DNA of 64,000 nt from positions 47,184,001 to 47,248,000 of the forward strand of contig CM052816.1 of the NCBI GenBank assembly GCA_028534125.1. The letters are read 5' to 3'. Each line of letters begins with the position of its first letter. Within the stretch, counting starts at the first letter, position 1. A program made the position numbers and the translations under genes. Of this stretch, positions 38,690 to 53,161 are shown in pieces. The notes below the pieces were generated by a model. That model searched no databases. It was not told the DNA's origin and was given only the letters and a program-made list of their open reading frames with translations. The DNA is from Lama glama. Taxonomy: Eukaryota.

Positions 38690-40510
38690 GATTGTCCTCA
38701 TAAACTCTACTTTCTTACTTCCTCATTAACTATTTTGTCTTCTACTATGTTTTATTTTCCCCTTAGGTGATCTTATTAATTCCTATGGATTGAAATACCA
38801 CAATTATGTGATAGTCCCACGTTATCTCTGAGTTCTAGATTCTGATACACCGAAGCTTTCTTGATATTTTTCACTTGATGTCTCACAGGTACTTAAAAAC
38901 TCAGCATGCTTAAATTCTTAATATCTCCTTGCACTACTCCATGTCAGAAAATGTACCACCATCTTCCTCAAATCAGAAATGTAAATAGCAGCTTTCATTC
39001 TCTACTTTTTTTCCATTCCTTACCTTTAGTCCGTCAACAAGACTTATTGATTCAATGTCTGAAATATGTTTCCCTGCTATTCTTGCCTTCCTCTAATTCA
39101 CAGAGCAGCAAAAGAAACCTTAAACTATAAATCAAGTTATTTCTTTCTTTTTAAGACCATTATTTTAACATAAAATCTAAACTCCACACCATGACCGGAA
39201 GGCTTTGCGTGACCTGTTCCCTCTTATCTGTTCAGCCTCCCTCATGTGTTTCTCCTTGCACGTGGTGCTACTGCCTCCTTACGCTAGTGGGTCGTGAGAC
39301 CCCTAAATTAGGAAGCCCACCAAAGTGTGGGTCCTTGCCGCTGGCTGTGAAAGTATTCGCAGCAGAGGCAGAGGGACAAAGTGAAGAGCTACTTCATTAT
39401 TCAGGGGACAGGAAAAGGCAAGAAAGGGCTTGAGTGGGGAAAAGGAAAGAGAAGCACTCGAGTTGAGGAGCCGTCAGCCAAGATGGCTGGTTAAGACAGC
39501 TCAGCCCCGGGTCAGGCCACATGGAATTTTATTGGAAGCTTCTGCCTTCATGTTCTCCTTCCAGGTGTGCTGGAGCCAATTGCCTTCTTTTTCTATCTTT
39601 GTATGGGCTTTTTTGGTTGTAGTCATAGCAATTGTCAACTGTCTTGGCAGTGGTGAGTGTATCATTTATCATTACAATAAATGTGTAATGAGGCTCCAGG
39701 TCCACTGGAAGTCAAATCCTCTGCCATCTTGGGCTTAGATGGTTCTAATCAATCCTTGTTTCTTCTCTTTGCACCTGCCTTCCGTGACTTAGATAAGAGT
39801 AATTAGTTTCTGTTCAGGGAGGGGCAGGGTATAATCCTGGGGCAACAGCCTTGGTAACAGTTCAGGAGGTTACTGAAGGGGAGGCTAGGGAAGAGATCTG
39901 GTCATCATGCGGTTAGCTTTTCCCCTCTGGTGGCAGTTACAGTATCTATAAAACAGCTCAGGAATGTGCATCAGACAGTGAGTCTGTGACTCTTGTCCTA
40001 GTCATCAACTGCTTGAGCCTGTTCTTTTATGACTCCGGAAGGCCTGGGAGACTTTAGCTTTTCTAGAAATAAAGAGTCAGGAGGTGAGGGGGGGGGTGCA
40101 GGGTCCTACTCAGTTTCAGTTGGCCTTTTGGTTACTGCAGTGATCTATGTTTTTTCATGCCTTTGTGCTTTTGGACATGCTCTTCTCCACCTGGAATGCT
40201 CTCCCCGTTCATTCTTCTTACCCTTTAGTTTGCTGGGCAGATGTCCTCTCAGAGAGGTTTCCTAGCCTAATATCTAAGGCTTGTTGTCGCATTCTGACCA
40301 CTTGTTTGATTCTTTTCTGTAGTATCCAATCTGTGACTTTTGTTGTTTTTTAAATTGGTTAAATTCTGCCCCAACTGAAATATAAACATGAAGAAATCAG
40401 GAATTTTGGCTTTATTGTATGTGGTTATATCTCCATTGCCTGGCAGAGTGGTTGACCATATTGGACTCCATAACTGTCTGATGAATTGATGGATGGATGG
40501 ATGGGTGGAC
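38690..40510 (+). mobile_element. L2 element interrupted by an LTR; ends in (GGAT)n tail
   Basis: gatgtctcacaggtacttaaaaactcagcatg, ccacctggaatgctctcccc and gaattgatggatggatgg motifs. Confidence 0.7.
39266..40118 (-). mobile_element. Solo ERV1-type LTR (~850 bp), relatively young
   Basis: Minus strand begins TGAAACTGAGTAGGACCC and ends CA; raised GC/CpG; splits an L2; near-TSD gtgg/gttg. Confidence 0.75.
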
Positions 40511-40856
40511 AGATAGACGGGTAACAGACTAGAAGTATCCCTAAGAGCATCCAGCATTCTTAGATTCTAGCTTTGAGCAATAATTGTTAATAATGAAGAT
40601 GACGCAAGTGTCATAAATTCAATCCATTTTAGAAAAATAGATTCACAAAATAAGATTAAACAAATTTGAGAATATTTTAAAAGAAAATAGGTCCCAGAAA
40701 ATGTAAGGGTGTTAAAATATTTCATTATTATAGGACTCTTAAGTTTTCCTGTAGTACTAAGGGTCTTTCACTGATAATTATTTCTCAAAAAAAATATACA
40801 ACTAATTTTAGTCTTTATAAATGAGTTACTGCTTTTGTGTTTTCCTAAATGTTATA

Positions 40857-41515
40857 TACTCAGTCCTGATTATTTGTAGATTTTATGTTTGTGATTTGCC
40901 TACTTGCTAAAATTTATTTGTAATCCCCAAATTCATACTTGTGATGCTTTCAAGGTCATTCATAGAGATATGCAGAGTGGTAAAAAATTTGAATGACATG
41001 TTCCCAGCTGAGGTCTTCTTGTTTTACCTGTCATATTGTAAACAAGTGTCCTTTTTGTGGTCTCTTTAGTGTCACATTTTCCACATTTTTGCTTTTTTGT
41101 GGGTGACTTTGTATTTAAAATGGCCCCCCAAGTGTAGTGCTGAAGTTCTTGATGTCTAGTGTTCCTAAGCACAAGAAGGCTGTGACGTATCTTAGAGAAA
41201 ATTCACTACTAATGTTGACAGAACTCAGGAAAATACCATACTTACGATTACAGTTATTAGATAAGCTTTATTCAAGCATGAGTTATATCACTGTTGGCCA
41301 TGCGTTTATTATTAATGAATTAACAGTATACTTTAAATACAGTATCTTTAAACATAAACACACGTAAAACAAGACTATATATTGATTAACTGATGAAAAT
41401 GTTGTGACCAGAGGCTCGTGGGAACCTAACCCTGTATTTCCCCTAGGAGCAAATGGTTCAGTGTTCGCGGCGACTTTATAGAACATAACTACCGCGAATA
41501 ACGAGAGTCGACTGT
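40857..41515. mobile_element. MER82-like TcMar-Tigger element
   Basis: gcctacttgctaaaatttatttgtaatccccaa...gaacataactaccgcgaataacgagagtcgactg+TA matches the recalled MER82 consensus. Confidence 0.8.
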
Positions 41516-41774
41516 AAGTTAAAACTGTGGACTTCAATCGAAATTTCAGGACATGCCTCCTCACCCATGTTAATTACAGTTTAAGGAACTTGGGATGGGT
41601 AACATATTTTATTTTAAAACCCTTAAACCAAGAGGAGAACTTAATTCATGCAGTGGTCTTTTTTGAGCACTTACTATATGCCAGTAACTGTACTAGTTTT
41701 GATATATACAAAAACAAGTAAATCATAAAATCTTCACTCCATGAGTCTTTCAGCTTGGGGAATATTTGATTTTA

Positions 41775-42457
41775 ACCCAACTCGTCTGATACCAACCACA
41801 ATTCAGTTTTGACTAACTACCTGGGGTTAGCATAGACCCCATAGGTTAAAGAAAAAGTCCTCCTTAAGGATACCCAGGCTTCAGATGCCAGCAAGTTCTT
41901 GGAATCTCTGGGCCACCTGTACTTTTGACAACCAGCTACTGGCTACAAATTAGGGCATTCTAATGAACCCCTCAGCTTCAATAATTCACTAGAACCATTA
42001 GAACTCAGGAAAGTGCAATGATTACAATTATTTGTAAAGATTACACATAGGATGAAGTTTAGGAAGGAACGCGGAGATTTCATGCCCTCTTCCTGTGGAG
42101 TCAGGGCATGTCACCCTTTAGGCACATCAGTGTACTGAACACCTAGGAAGCTCCTCTGAGCTTCAGTATCCAGAGGTTTTATGGAGTTTCATTACGTAGG
42201 TATTATTTTAAATCACTGGCTGCGTGATTGAACTCAGTCTTCCACCCACTTCCCTTTCCTGGAGGTCAGATGGCTGAAAGTTACAACTCTGATGGTTAGT
42301 AGTTTTGGTGACCAGCCTCCATCCTGAAGCTACCTGGAGATCCACTGTGAGTGCCCACATTAGCATAACAAAAGTACTCTCATTACTTAGAAGGACTTTT
42401 GAAGCTCTATGTCAAGAAGTAGGGACAGTAACCAGGTATATTCTTAATTACACCACA
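41775..42457 (-). mobile_element. MER21-type LTR
   Basis: actaactacctggggttagc, cttcagatgccagc and catgccctct motifs; terminal attacaccaca (TGTGGT on the minus strand). Confidence 0.8.
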
Positions 42458-42734
42458 GAGAGACTGCCTTATAAGCAGTCAAAAGTAAATTAGGAGTTTG
42501 CTAGTAGGGGCATAGTTGTTTACCAGTAGAGAGAAGAATATGTGCAGAAATGCCAAGGGATGAAATGATTTTTGGAGTGAAATGTCACTTAGTTTAGACA
42601 GAATGTCATTTTCAAAAAAGGAATTTTTGAAGGTGAGTCTGGTGAAGTAGACAGTAATCAGATTGTGAAAGACTGTGAAAATAGGTCACAAACCCTGTAT
42701 GTGGCCTTATAGTGGTCTTATAGTGTGTGTTTTA

Positions 42735-43030
42735 GCTTTAATGGAAACTTTCAAACATATACAAAGAGTATACAGAATAATATAATGAATATATAACAGA
42801 TATAATCATCTACTACATACTCATCACAATAGCTGTTGGCCAATTTATCTCTGTGCCTCTTCATCTCTCCTCCCCCCACGTTATTTTGTAGCAAATACTA
42901 TTATTTCATTCATAGATATTTTATATGAAATTTTAAAAAATTACTGTAATCCCATTATTACAGCTAAAAAATTTTAACAATAATTTCTTAACATCATTGA
43001 ATATCCAGGCATTACTCAAATTGCCAGTTC
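42735..43030 (-). mobile_element. L1MC/MD-like 3' end
   Basis: atggaaactttcaaacatatacaaagagta...ataatttcttaacatcattgaatatccag. Confidence 0.6.
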
Positions 43031-44150
43031 TGCAGTATTTTTAAAAAACAGCAGATCAGTAGTAGCATTTTTTAAAAATTGGGGTATTTCAATTAAAAAA
43101 ACTATATTTTTGCAGTTGAAAAATTGGAAGGTCTATCAATACTAGCTGTTTGTTTCTTTTTTGTAACAACAGGACCTTGGTCAAAGCCTTACTCACTACT
43201 TGACCCTGTGAGGAGTCTTGAGAAGGATTTAAGTGGGCATATACCTTGATAAAATTTGCATTATGGGAAAATAAACAAAGATGGGATCAGAATGCATTTA
43301 GAAGAGTGTCCAGGAGCAGGCAGGGGGACCAGTTAGAGTTTTGCCATAGTCAGAGATAGACAGGAAGATAGTCTGAGCTAAGGTCCTTGCAGGGTAGGAG
43401 GCAAATTTAGAATTTCAAGAGTTAAACAATGGAATTAATGATAACGTGGAAAGGGCATGTTGAAGGTAAAACTCAAAATATCAAAATTAGGTGGCTGGCA
43501 GATACGAAATTCAGGTGAGACACGAAATGGAGAATGAATAAGTGGATTCTTAGGAAGGAATAAATGACTTGTTTGGATGTTTTGACTGATTGGTGGAGGT
43601 GAATACACTCGGTTGTTGGAGCCCTAACTGATGGAGGTTTGATATAGTCAAGAGTAAAGGGTTTTGTAAATAAATAGTTTACTCTAATTCTTATACACCT
43701 AAAGTTTAAGAATTCTCCAGTTAAATTAAAGAAAGGAGAGAAAGAAAAAGAAAGACTTTTACAGTTTTGAGGGCATTCAAAGGACTATCTTTTAAAAAGA
43801 AATATCAATTCCTTCGGTGTAAATAAAGGGTGGGTGGAGAATTCTAATGTGCTTCTGCCAGCTTGCCTCTAATGAGTTCATGCCATTTATTGTTAAAATA
43901 AGCCTGTATGATCTTAATATATACTAGTACATTGTCAGTTGTAAGAAAAATACCTACAAATAGCATTGCAGGGTCTGGCATCTAGTAAGTGCTTGGTAAG
44001 TGTTTGCTGGATTTCAGTCTAAACTCCTTTATAGCTTAAGCAGTAGTATCTGTTTCAGATTAGAATTTTTCACCTGATATTTCCCTGAGGTGTCTTCACA
44101 AATAGGAAATTGAGTAAATATTTGTAGAATAAATGAATAAATTCTGGTGA

Positions 44151-44273
<123 letters not shown>

Positions 44274-46337
44274 TAAGTTATGTTGTTAAATTTGTAAGGC
44301 ATTAAATATTTGACAAAACTTTTGTAGATACACTTTTATACTTTGATTAAAGGAACATTTACTGATTATGTCATAAACAGTTGATAAATCTGAAATTAAA
44401 ACCCATGCTCTCAAATAACATTGAATCACCCTTTAAGAAAACCCAGTATGTAGTAATCTAATATGTAAACACTAAAGTGATTATTTAACTTTAGAATTGT
44501 TATGGGGGTTCAGTGGGGGATGACCCATAACCCATGTCTTTACTCTGCAACTCATTTAAAAATACCAGTTGGTATGGATTCTTTTCCAGAATTTGCCATC
44601 ACTCAGTATTATGATATTGAGCAGATTCATTTGCTTTTTTTCCCCCTCTGTTTCCTCATTTTTTAAATAGAAGGGGTGGACAGTATAACTTCTTAGGTTC
44701 TGTTCAGGTTGCTGAATATTACATTTACAGTTTATGAAGAAAACTGCCTGCTAATAATAAAACTCACTGAATGGACCACAGCAGCCTCATCTGTGAAGTG
44801 GAAGAACCAAACATAGTCATTTTGAAGGATTCTTCCAGCTCTTAAATTTTATATTGCTATTTATGTTGAATTTTCAAGGAAAGTGTATGTTAATTAGCCT
44901 CTCTAAATGGGCCTTAGTTTCCTTAGCTGGGGAGGACTTTCGGGGATCTGAACCTGTGATTCTAATATGTTACAAAATGTCAGTGACAACATATTGTTAC
45001 CAAATTTCTCATGTATGTCATATAAGGTACATTAACATGGGCTAATAGCTTTGTAGGTGCTAAAAAAATTCTTTAAGCATTAATGATTATTTGGCATGAA
45101 ATTGGAAAGTTGAAGAAACTGTCTCTTCTGATCTTGCTATCATTGTCTTTTTCACTTAATCGTTACAAATACACCTTGAAGCTCATTGTAATATTAAGTG
45201 TAAACCCTCCTCTGTATTCCAGTGGTTATGTTCTTTAATATAATATTCCTGCCTTATATTATGATTTTCAAAACACTTTTACAGTCTCATTTAATCCACA
45301 CAATAATCCTGACTATTAGTTACTAATTTAATTTATATTTTACTAATGATGAAGCTTTTGATCAAAGATGTTAAATGAGTTGCCCAAGTTCACATAACTA
45401 CTAAGAGTGAGGATTTTAATCCAGCTTGGTTTTTAGTTTCTGCATTTCTTTTTATTCCACCTGGGCCTTTTCACAGCTACCATGTTCAACACTTAGTTAC
45501 ATAGTATAGTCTTCATTTTATAAACATTTGAATTCTTATTATGTGCCTTGTAGTGAGTAATTTTATTTTTATAATAATTTTTATATGTTGGAAATGCTTT
45601 ACTTTACAAAAAGATGCACTAACAACACTATCTTCTTTCTAGCAGCAATAATTATTTGATTTATTGACATGAATTAAAAATTTTACTGAGGTTTTCCCAG
45701 TTCATATTCATTCAGGAATAAATGTAGAATTGTGTCTTGGTATTTTAATTATTGTTACTGAAGTTTAGTTTTGTACTTTCAATTTATATTTTGACTATCT
45801 TTAAAAATTAAATTTGGGATTAATACACATGTACCTGAAGAATTCTGTTATTTTCCTCCATTCGTGATTCTTAATAAAAGCAAATCTGAGTTAGTCTTTC
45901 AAGTTTCTGAATTTCTCATACACATAAATCTTATATATATACTTTTAACTCTGACTTGTTTAAAGCTTCAGGTTTGTCTATATATATGTATGTGTATACT
46001 TGTATAATTTTAAATTGAAATGCATTTTGTCTTCATTTCCTTTAACCCTTCTGCCTAAAGAAAGAGATACTAGGCTGTCTGTAAATCTGTAGAAGAGAGA
46101 GCAGGAAAAATGGGGTGAGATGCTTAACTAGCAATCAAAATTTTATTCTTCTCACTAATTTAGATAACTTTCTCTGGTAATCTGTATATTCACATAATAA
46201 TTTACATCTATATTTTGTAGTCCCCCATTTAAAAACTGCTTTTGAGTGCCTTACCTCCTTTTTCATGAAATATTAGAACTTTTTTTCATTGTGAAATTTA
46301 TAACCTTATTTGTCATTAGTTTTATACAAACACTTGA

Positions 46338-46592
<255 letters not shown>

Positions 46593-47139
46593 TAATCATT
46601 AAGTCCATTATATGGACTATGAAATCTTTCTAGAGCCTGGAAGCTCAGTGACTTTGTTTGAATTGAATTTGTCTTTCTATCTACCTAACTTGTAGTAAGC
46701 ATTATTTTTTCCATTTTTCAGAAGAGGCTGACTTATACAAGTTGATTACACAGTTTCTGTGTATGTTGTACGGTCAGTTTTCATTATCTCAAATTTTGGA
46801 CTTTTTGCCATTTATGCTTGTTTATTCCTTTTATAATACTACTTGAAGAAATGCATTTGTGTGTTTGTATTGAATTACCTATATTTACAACTATTCAACT
46901 TAACCAGTCACATTCAGTAGAAATGAAAGTGGTTTAAGAATAATGAATTTGGGAATAGAAAACTTAGTCAAGATTTACTTGTACCCACTGAGTATCTCTG
47001 AATAAGTAAAATTCAGTTTTTTCCTGTATATGAGTGTTTGTTGTATAGTAACTATAATGATTTTACATTTAAAATGAAATTTATACAGTTATTCAAATCC
47101 TAGAAGAGAAGGGCATATAAGGTGATATTGTTTAGAACA

Positions 47140-47312
47140 CAAGTTTTCAGACCTAGCTGTGCATTACAGTCAGCTGAGCAGCTCTTTGAAAATGAGGGTT
47201 CCTCATACCTACCCTTGGAGATTCAGTAAATCTAGAGTGGGTATTAGGAATTTGTATTTTAATAATCCTCCATGTGGTTCTGATTTTTTGACCAAGTTTG
47301 AGAATGAATGGT
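47140..47312. mobile_element. MER5A-like MITE
   Basis: gattcagtaaatctagagtggg...ggaatttgtattttaataatcctcc...aagtttgagaa. Confidence 0.65.
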
Positions 47313-49892
47313 TTACATGGTAAGTGAGTAATTAAAATAACACATTAAAAAAATATCTTTGGTAATATTGTATAAAGTATCATTATGTAATTTGGTCCTT
47401 CTTAGGTTAAATCACACCACCCCAGGAAAACCTTAATAATTTCATCTAGCATCTCATATAGAATTGTTTTGTGGTACAAAGTGGCTTCAATACATTTGAA
47501 AGTTGATTCTCCATTTACAAAGATTGTGTATATGATATATATATATGTGTATATCTCATATATGGAAAGGATGAACTAGAAAATATCAGTGAGGAACAAG
47601 ATAAATCAGTTGTCTAATTCTTTAAGACTGGTTATTTCATTCTCTTTTTTTTTTAAACTATTTTTATGCACTATTTAAAACATGTAGAGCACTTGAACTT
47701 TTTGATTGTCACATTTGTTTTATTAATCCTGTATGTGTGCTTACTTGTATAAGAACATTTATACATGTTCCCTGATTCCTAAGACAGATTTCTGTTATTT
47801 TTACTAATAACTTACATTTATTGAATAATTATCAGCTAATTAACTTTAATAATAGTTTAAATTGAATACTTGTAAGACATTGTTATAAGTGCTTTACTTG
47901 TATTAACTCATCCTCACAATTCTATGAGGTATATAATTCTTACTGACTTTTTTTTTTTTTAAACTCATTAGACAGTGGAATTAAATAACTTGACCAGGGT
48001 GACACCTTGAATGTGGTAGAGTCTTTTAGTGAGAATTAGGCTATTTTAATGAACTTCAAAAATGGAAGTTAGGGCTAATGTTGGCTTCAGCTTATTCAAT
48101 ATTTTGTTTCACTTTTACACTTTTGAGAACTAATTGCAATTGGTAGTAGTTAAACAACTGGTCACCTAACATCAAGAGCATTCCAGTTAATCAGAATAGC
48201 AGGGAGATGTTTTATTTATGTTTATATTTATGTAATCATCCATGAATGCATGCTTTGTATGTGTGTTTAGGTAAAAGTGGAAGGTTTTCTGCTTGAACCT
48301 GAGGTACTCAGGAGGTTGATGCAAACCGCTGGGGTTGATGAACTTTGTTTTCTTTTGATTCCAATATTCTGTTGAATGGCGCATATGTAATTGTATTATT
48401 GAATTCAGAAGGAAGAATATAATACTTGTGTTAAATACATAGCCAAGAATATGTGTAAATGATATTTTTGTTGAATGTATTTATTATTGATTTCCAATAA
48501 CTATCTTAAAAGTCTCTCAATTTGTATTAGCTATCTATCATAAGAACCTCTTAAAGAATGTCACTTGGCTATTTGCTGTGAATGAGTTCTCTGGAGAAAT
48601 ACTATGTGAGTGTGGGCAGGCATGGAAAATTAGAACATTTCAACTTTTGTTAATAGAAATTGAAAATCTTTTAGATAAACAGACATGTGCCTGTCTGTTC
48701 CATCCATTTCTCTGTTGTCCTTACAGAATGTTATTTTAAAAGCTAAACTTTAGAGGGTAGAAGGGGTTCTAGAGGGTAGGAATCCTGCAGCCATTTTAGG
48801 GTAAGTCTTTCAGACTGGCATTTATAATCTATTAGGTCTATTACAACAAAAAAGCTAAAGCAGTTAAAATAACTTGAGGCAAATTAAGAGTGTTAAGTTA
48901 AGCGGAAGCAAGTAAATAATTTATTCTATCTTAAAAGGATTTAGAATTTTTGCTGTCACCTCGTAGAGATGTAGATTTGGTCAGTTTGTTTTGATGTTTT
49001 AAATATGTCTTACTATGAATGGTGTTTTATTTAAAAATTTTTTTTTTCTGTATGTAAATATGTGATTTAAAAAGTATCCTCAAGTATTACATTGTACATC
49101 TAAAAATTTCTCAGAGTATTGTAGATGGTTTTACTATGTGCCAGTGAGGGTACAGGAATTGATGTTTGTGTACATGATCCATGGAGGTCTACAGAAATGA
49201 CTTTAATACTTTGGACTACTCTCTGGCAGAAGTAAACCAGAATATCTGAAACGAAAAAGGAGATGGAATCATATTTACTTTCAGACATTGCTAATGTTAA
49301 TATAAACCCTAAGGATGGAATAGTTTGTTGGAGTATGTCTTTATGGAAAATCAACAAGCATTTCACCAGCTTTTCTTGAGGTAGTAGGAGAGAGAATAAA
49401 AAGTATATTTAATTTATTATTTTAATCTGCAGTAGGTTACAAAATTACTAATCTTGCTTTAGTGTGGTTAATACTGTAACATAAAGTTCAACTCTCTTGA
49501 TTCACAGAAAGGAAAAAAAGCAAATCTGTAGTATTTGATATCAAATTGTATTCTAAATCTAAAGGATTATAGTGCAGAGTCTTTTAAAAAAAAATCTTCT
49601 GGTTTATAATTTCTGTAAAAGCTAATCAGCTAAGAGAATACTCGCTCATTTTGCAATCATATATTTTTAACAATTTAAATAATTTTTGGTAATCATTTCA
49701 GGTTCATTTTAATTATTCAATTTATGGGGTATTAAAATTTAGTTTTGAATGCCAACATTCTCGATCTGTTTCCTGCATTTTTAGATTCTCATATTTGCAA
49801 ACCTCACATTGCAAATCATCAAACAGAATAAAGTCTAGCATGTTTGAAGTTAATTATAGATAAATCTTCCTAAGCTGTTTGTTGAAGTTTAA

Positions 49893-50102
<210 letters not shown>

Positions 50103-50199
50103 TAATATTAATTTATGAATTTGCTTTCCTTTTGCAGCTAACACCATTAGATCTCCTTTCTGATTTAAAAAGGATTTTAAATCATTGGAGGATTTTTCT

Positions 50200-52490
50200 T
50201 TGTTGAAATTCTCTTTATTTAGTTGAAAAAGTTTTCAGAGTAGATGTAAATAGTTTAAAAATTGAAATACAAGGAAAGACGCCGGTTCCCTGCCTTTCCT
50301 TTTCCATCTGACTCATGTCACAGAGGAGCCACTTTTACTTCCTTTAGGCATTATATTTGAGATTTCCTGCCATATGTTTAAATATTTTGTGAAGATGGTA
50401 TCTCTTTAACTTTAGATATTATTGCACCTTTCTCTCACTTCTTTTTCTTCACTTCTATTCTTTCCAGATAGTAAGGAGACAACTTTTTACTTAAATTGAT
50501 ATTTGGTTTTAGTTACACCTATGGAAATATTATTTATAGCTAAGCATTATTGTATCTTGTTACCCTCCGTGAACAGTTTTCTATTGTTATATAGAAGGTA
50601 AACTCTTCTACAGAATTCTTAACCTCAGTAGTTCAGATACATCATTTTTTAAAAAATTGAAGTATAGTTGTTTTACAATATTATATTAGTTTCAGGTATA
50701 TAATACGTTGATTCAGTATTTTTACAGATTATCCTTTATTAACAGTTATTGCAAGATAATGGTTGTAATTCTCTGTACTATACAATGTACCCTTTTTGCT
50801 TATTTATTTTATACATAGTAGTTTTTATCTTTTAATCCTATACCCCAAATTTGCCCCTCTCTTTTCCTTCTCCCCTTTGGTAACCACTAGTTTGTTTTCT
50901 ATATCTGTGAGTCTGTTTCTGTTTTGCATATGCATTTATTTGTATTATTTTTTTGAGTCCCACATCACATACAAGTAATATGTTACAGTATTTGTCTTTG
51001 ACTTATTTCACTAAACATAATATTCTTTAGATCCATCTCATTCTGCAAATGGCAGGATTTCATTGTTTTATAGCTAAGTAATATTTCATTGTGTGTGTGT
51101 GGGTGTGTATGTACACCACATCTTTATCCATTCATCTGTTGAGGGGCATTTGGGTTGCTTCCATATCTTGGCTGTTGTAAATGATGCTACTGTGAACATT
51201 GGGGTGTTCTTCTCAAATTAGAGTTTTTATTTTTTCTGGATATATACCCAGCAGTGGAAATGCTGGATCATATGATAATTCTAATTTTAGTTTTTTGAGG
51301 AACCTCCATACTGTTTTCCACAGTGGCTGCCAGATAAATAATTTCTATTGTTCTTAACTGGAAATGTCTTCCCTTTCCATTTATTTTATACTATTTTCTT
51401 TATTTTTATCTTAATTTTCTCTCTTAATCCTTCTGTTGAGTTCTTTATAAATTAAAACTTTTTTTGAAAATTTCATTTTTATAGCACTCTTGTGTCATGG
51501 ATGTGTAATATCTTTTTATTTCTAAGAATATTAAGTATTGCACCTTGAAGTGTTTATTTTCTGAGTCTCCCCCTCTTTTTGCTTTAATCACTATCATGTT
51601 AAAGATTGTTCTTAAATGTCTTGTGCTCTCTGAATATCTGTTGATATTTGAGAAGGTGTTAAAAAATTGGAAGTTTTGTGCCAGTGGCTGGAGCTTGTTG
51701 ATTGGTGGTCTTTTTAGTGGATGGTTTGAGTGGAGACCTAGCAAAATCCTTGGGGAGCCTCTAAATATCAACATCTGCTGATTGTTGGGCCTATCATTTT
51801 CTCTGGAGGAGAATTGTCCATTCTCCCATCTGTGAGGTCTAAGTCTGACAACAGTGTTAAGATAGCTGACTGGGGAAGAAGGCTCAAAGACTCACCATTC
51901 AGTGTGCTGGCATTAATTTAAATGCATGTCTGAATTCTCTCATTGCCCCTTGTTTTCAGCTCTTCATTGTCACCCTAAGTTTTGCATGATACTCCCAAGC
52001 CCAGTATTCTCTGGCTTAACATCTTTAAAAATGAATTCTTCTGGATTCTGCCAGAGTTGGGGAAAGGTCGTCATCTAATCTCTGTGATTAGGAAAGACAG
52101 GCAATCTGGGAAGTCTTATTACACCAATATAGACATTCAACTAGTCACCTGTTTTCATCCATTCTGCAGGCCTACCTTCATAGTCCCTGCTGTTTACAAG
52201 TCCTGACTTTTGTATGGTCTGTTATGAATGGATTGGCTTTCTCCTCATTGGATTCCTCCCCTTGTAGATTCAGCATAGTTCTCTCCCCTTATACTGAAAC
52301 CTAAATCAGTAACTGCTTGTCCATCTACTTAATGTCTTCCAAAATTTTGTTGAACATTTTTTTTTTCCTACTGTCATCTGTTTCCTATTCTTTGTTTTGG
52401 ACAGTTTTACTTTCCTTCCTGTGTGGTTTATTTAGTCAGATTTTGGGAGTAAGCTGAGCTAATGCATGTCGTACATCTTTTATATTTAAC
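50200..52490 (-). mobile_element. HAL1/L1ME-like ancient element interrupted by a younger L1
   Basis: L1-type 3' end plus a 5' region with no ORF2; segments homologous to 58140-60370. Confidence 0.5.
50648..51330 (-). mobile_element. L1 3' end (laurasiatherian/artiodactyl type), 5'-truncated
   Basis: attgaagtatagttgttttacaata...gaggaacctccatactgttttccacagtggctg; degenerate 14-bp TSD CAGATACATCATTT (50634) / CAGATAAATAATTT (51331). Confidence 0.88.
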
Positions 52491-53121
52491 CAGAGAGTGC
52501 TGAAATGTCTTTTAAAGCTGTGAGTGGATACCATTTGAAATATATGATATGATGTGACATTCAACACCACTGTGCTATCTCTCTATCGACTCTTTTGGAT
52601 TGATTTAGCTATAATTTAGACTTGAAGAGCCAGAACAAAGTCTCAAGAGTCGATATCTCCACAAGGTTTATATTGTACTGAGTAGAAATACTGATCATGT
52701 ATGTCAGTTGAGAAGCATCCCTAGATATTCAGTGTTGTACTTACTTCAAAAGCAGATTAAGTTCAGACATTTAAAATATTAGTTTCATTTTATAGTGTTA
52801 AATATGTGAAAATGCCATTTAGTCAGAATAAAGACCACCCCTAGACATCATGTCATATGAAAGACATTAAAAATATTTTACCATGATAATTAGCACCAGC
52901 TGAATATATGTCATGGTACTTTTTTCATACATTGCGTTGTCATGTTCTCTGAAATATTGTCCATTCTGGAATATTCTTGTTTTTGCTTCATTTTCTTCAC
53001 AGTTTGTATAGAAGATGTTAAAATAGTATTTATGTAGAAATGCATATTCTGATATTTAGTTTTATTTAATGTGATACAGCCCTTGATACCTACATAGCAG
53101 AGAAATTAGAAAAATGTACTT

Positions 53122-53161
53122 TTTTTAACATTTTTTATTGATTCATAATCATTTTACAGTG
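53122..53161 (-). mobile_element. Ultra-short L1 3'-end insertion with 14-bp TSD
   Basis: AGAAAAATGTACTT at 53108-53121 and 53162-53175 flanks sequence matching the L1 tail at 26179-26213. Confidence 0.85.

Noticed and set aside
50425..50476. Polypyrimidine-CAG-ATA-GTAAGG, a possible 3-nt exon or recursive site
   Set aside because: Lies in an antisense L1-like repeat; U2 sites are incompatible with the upstream U12 donor.
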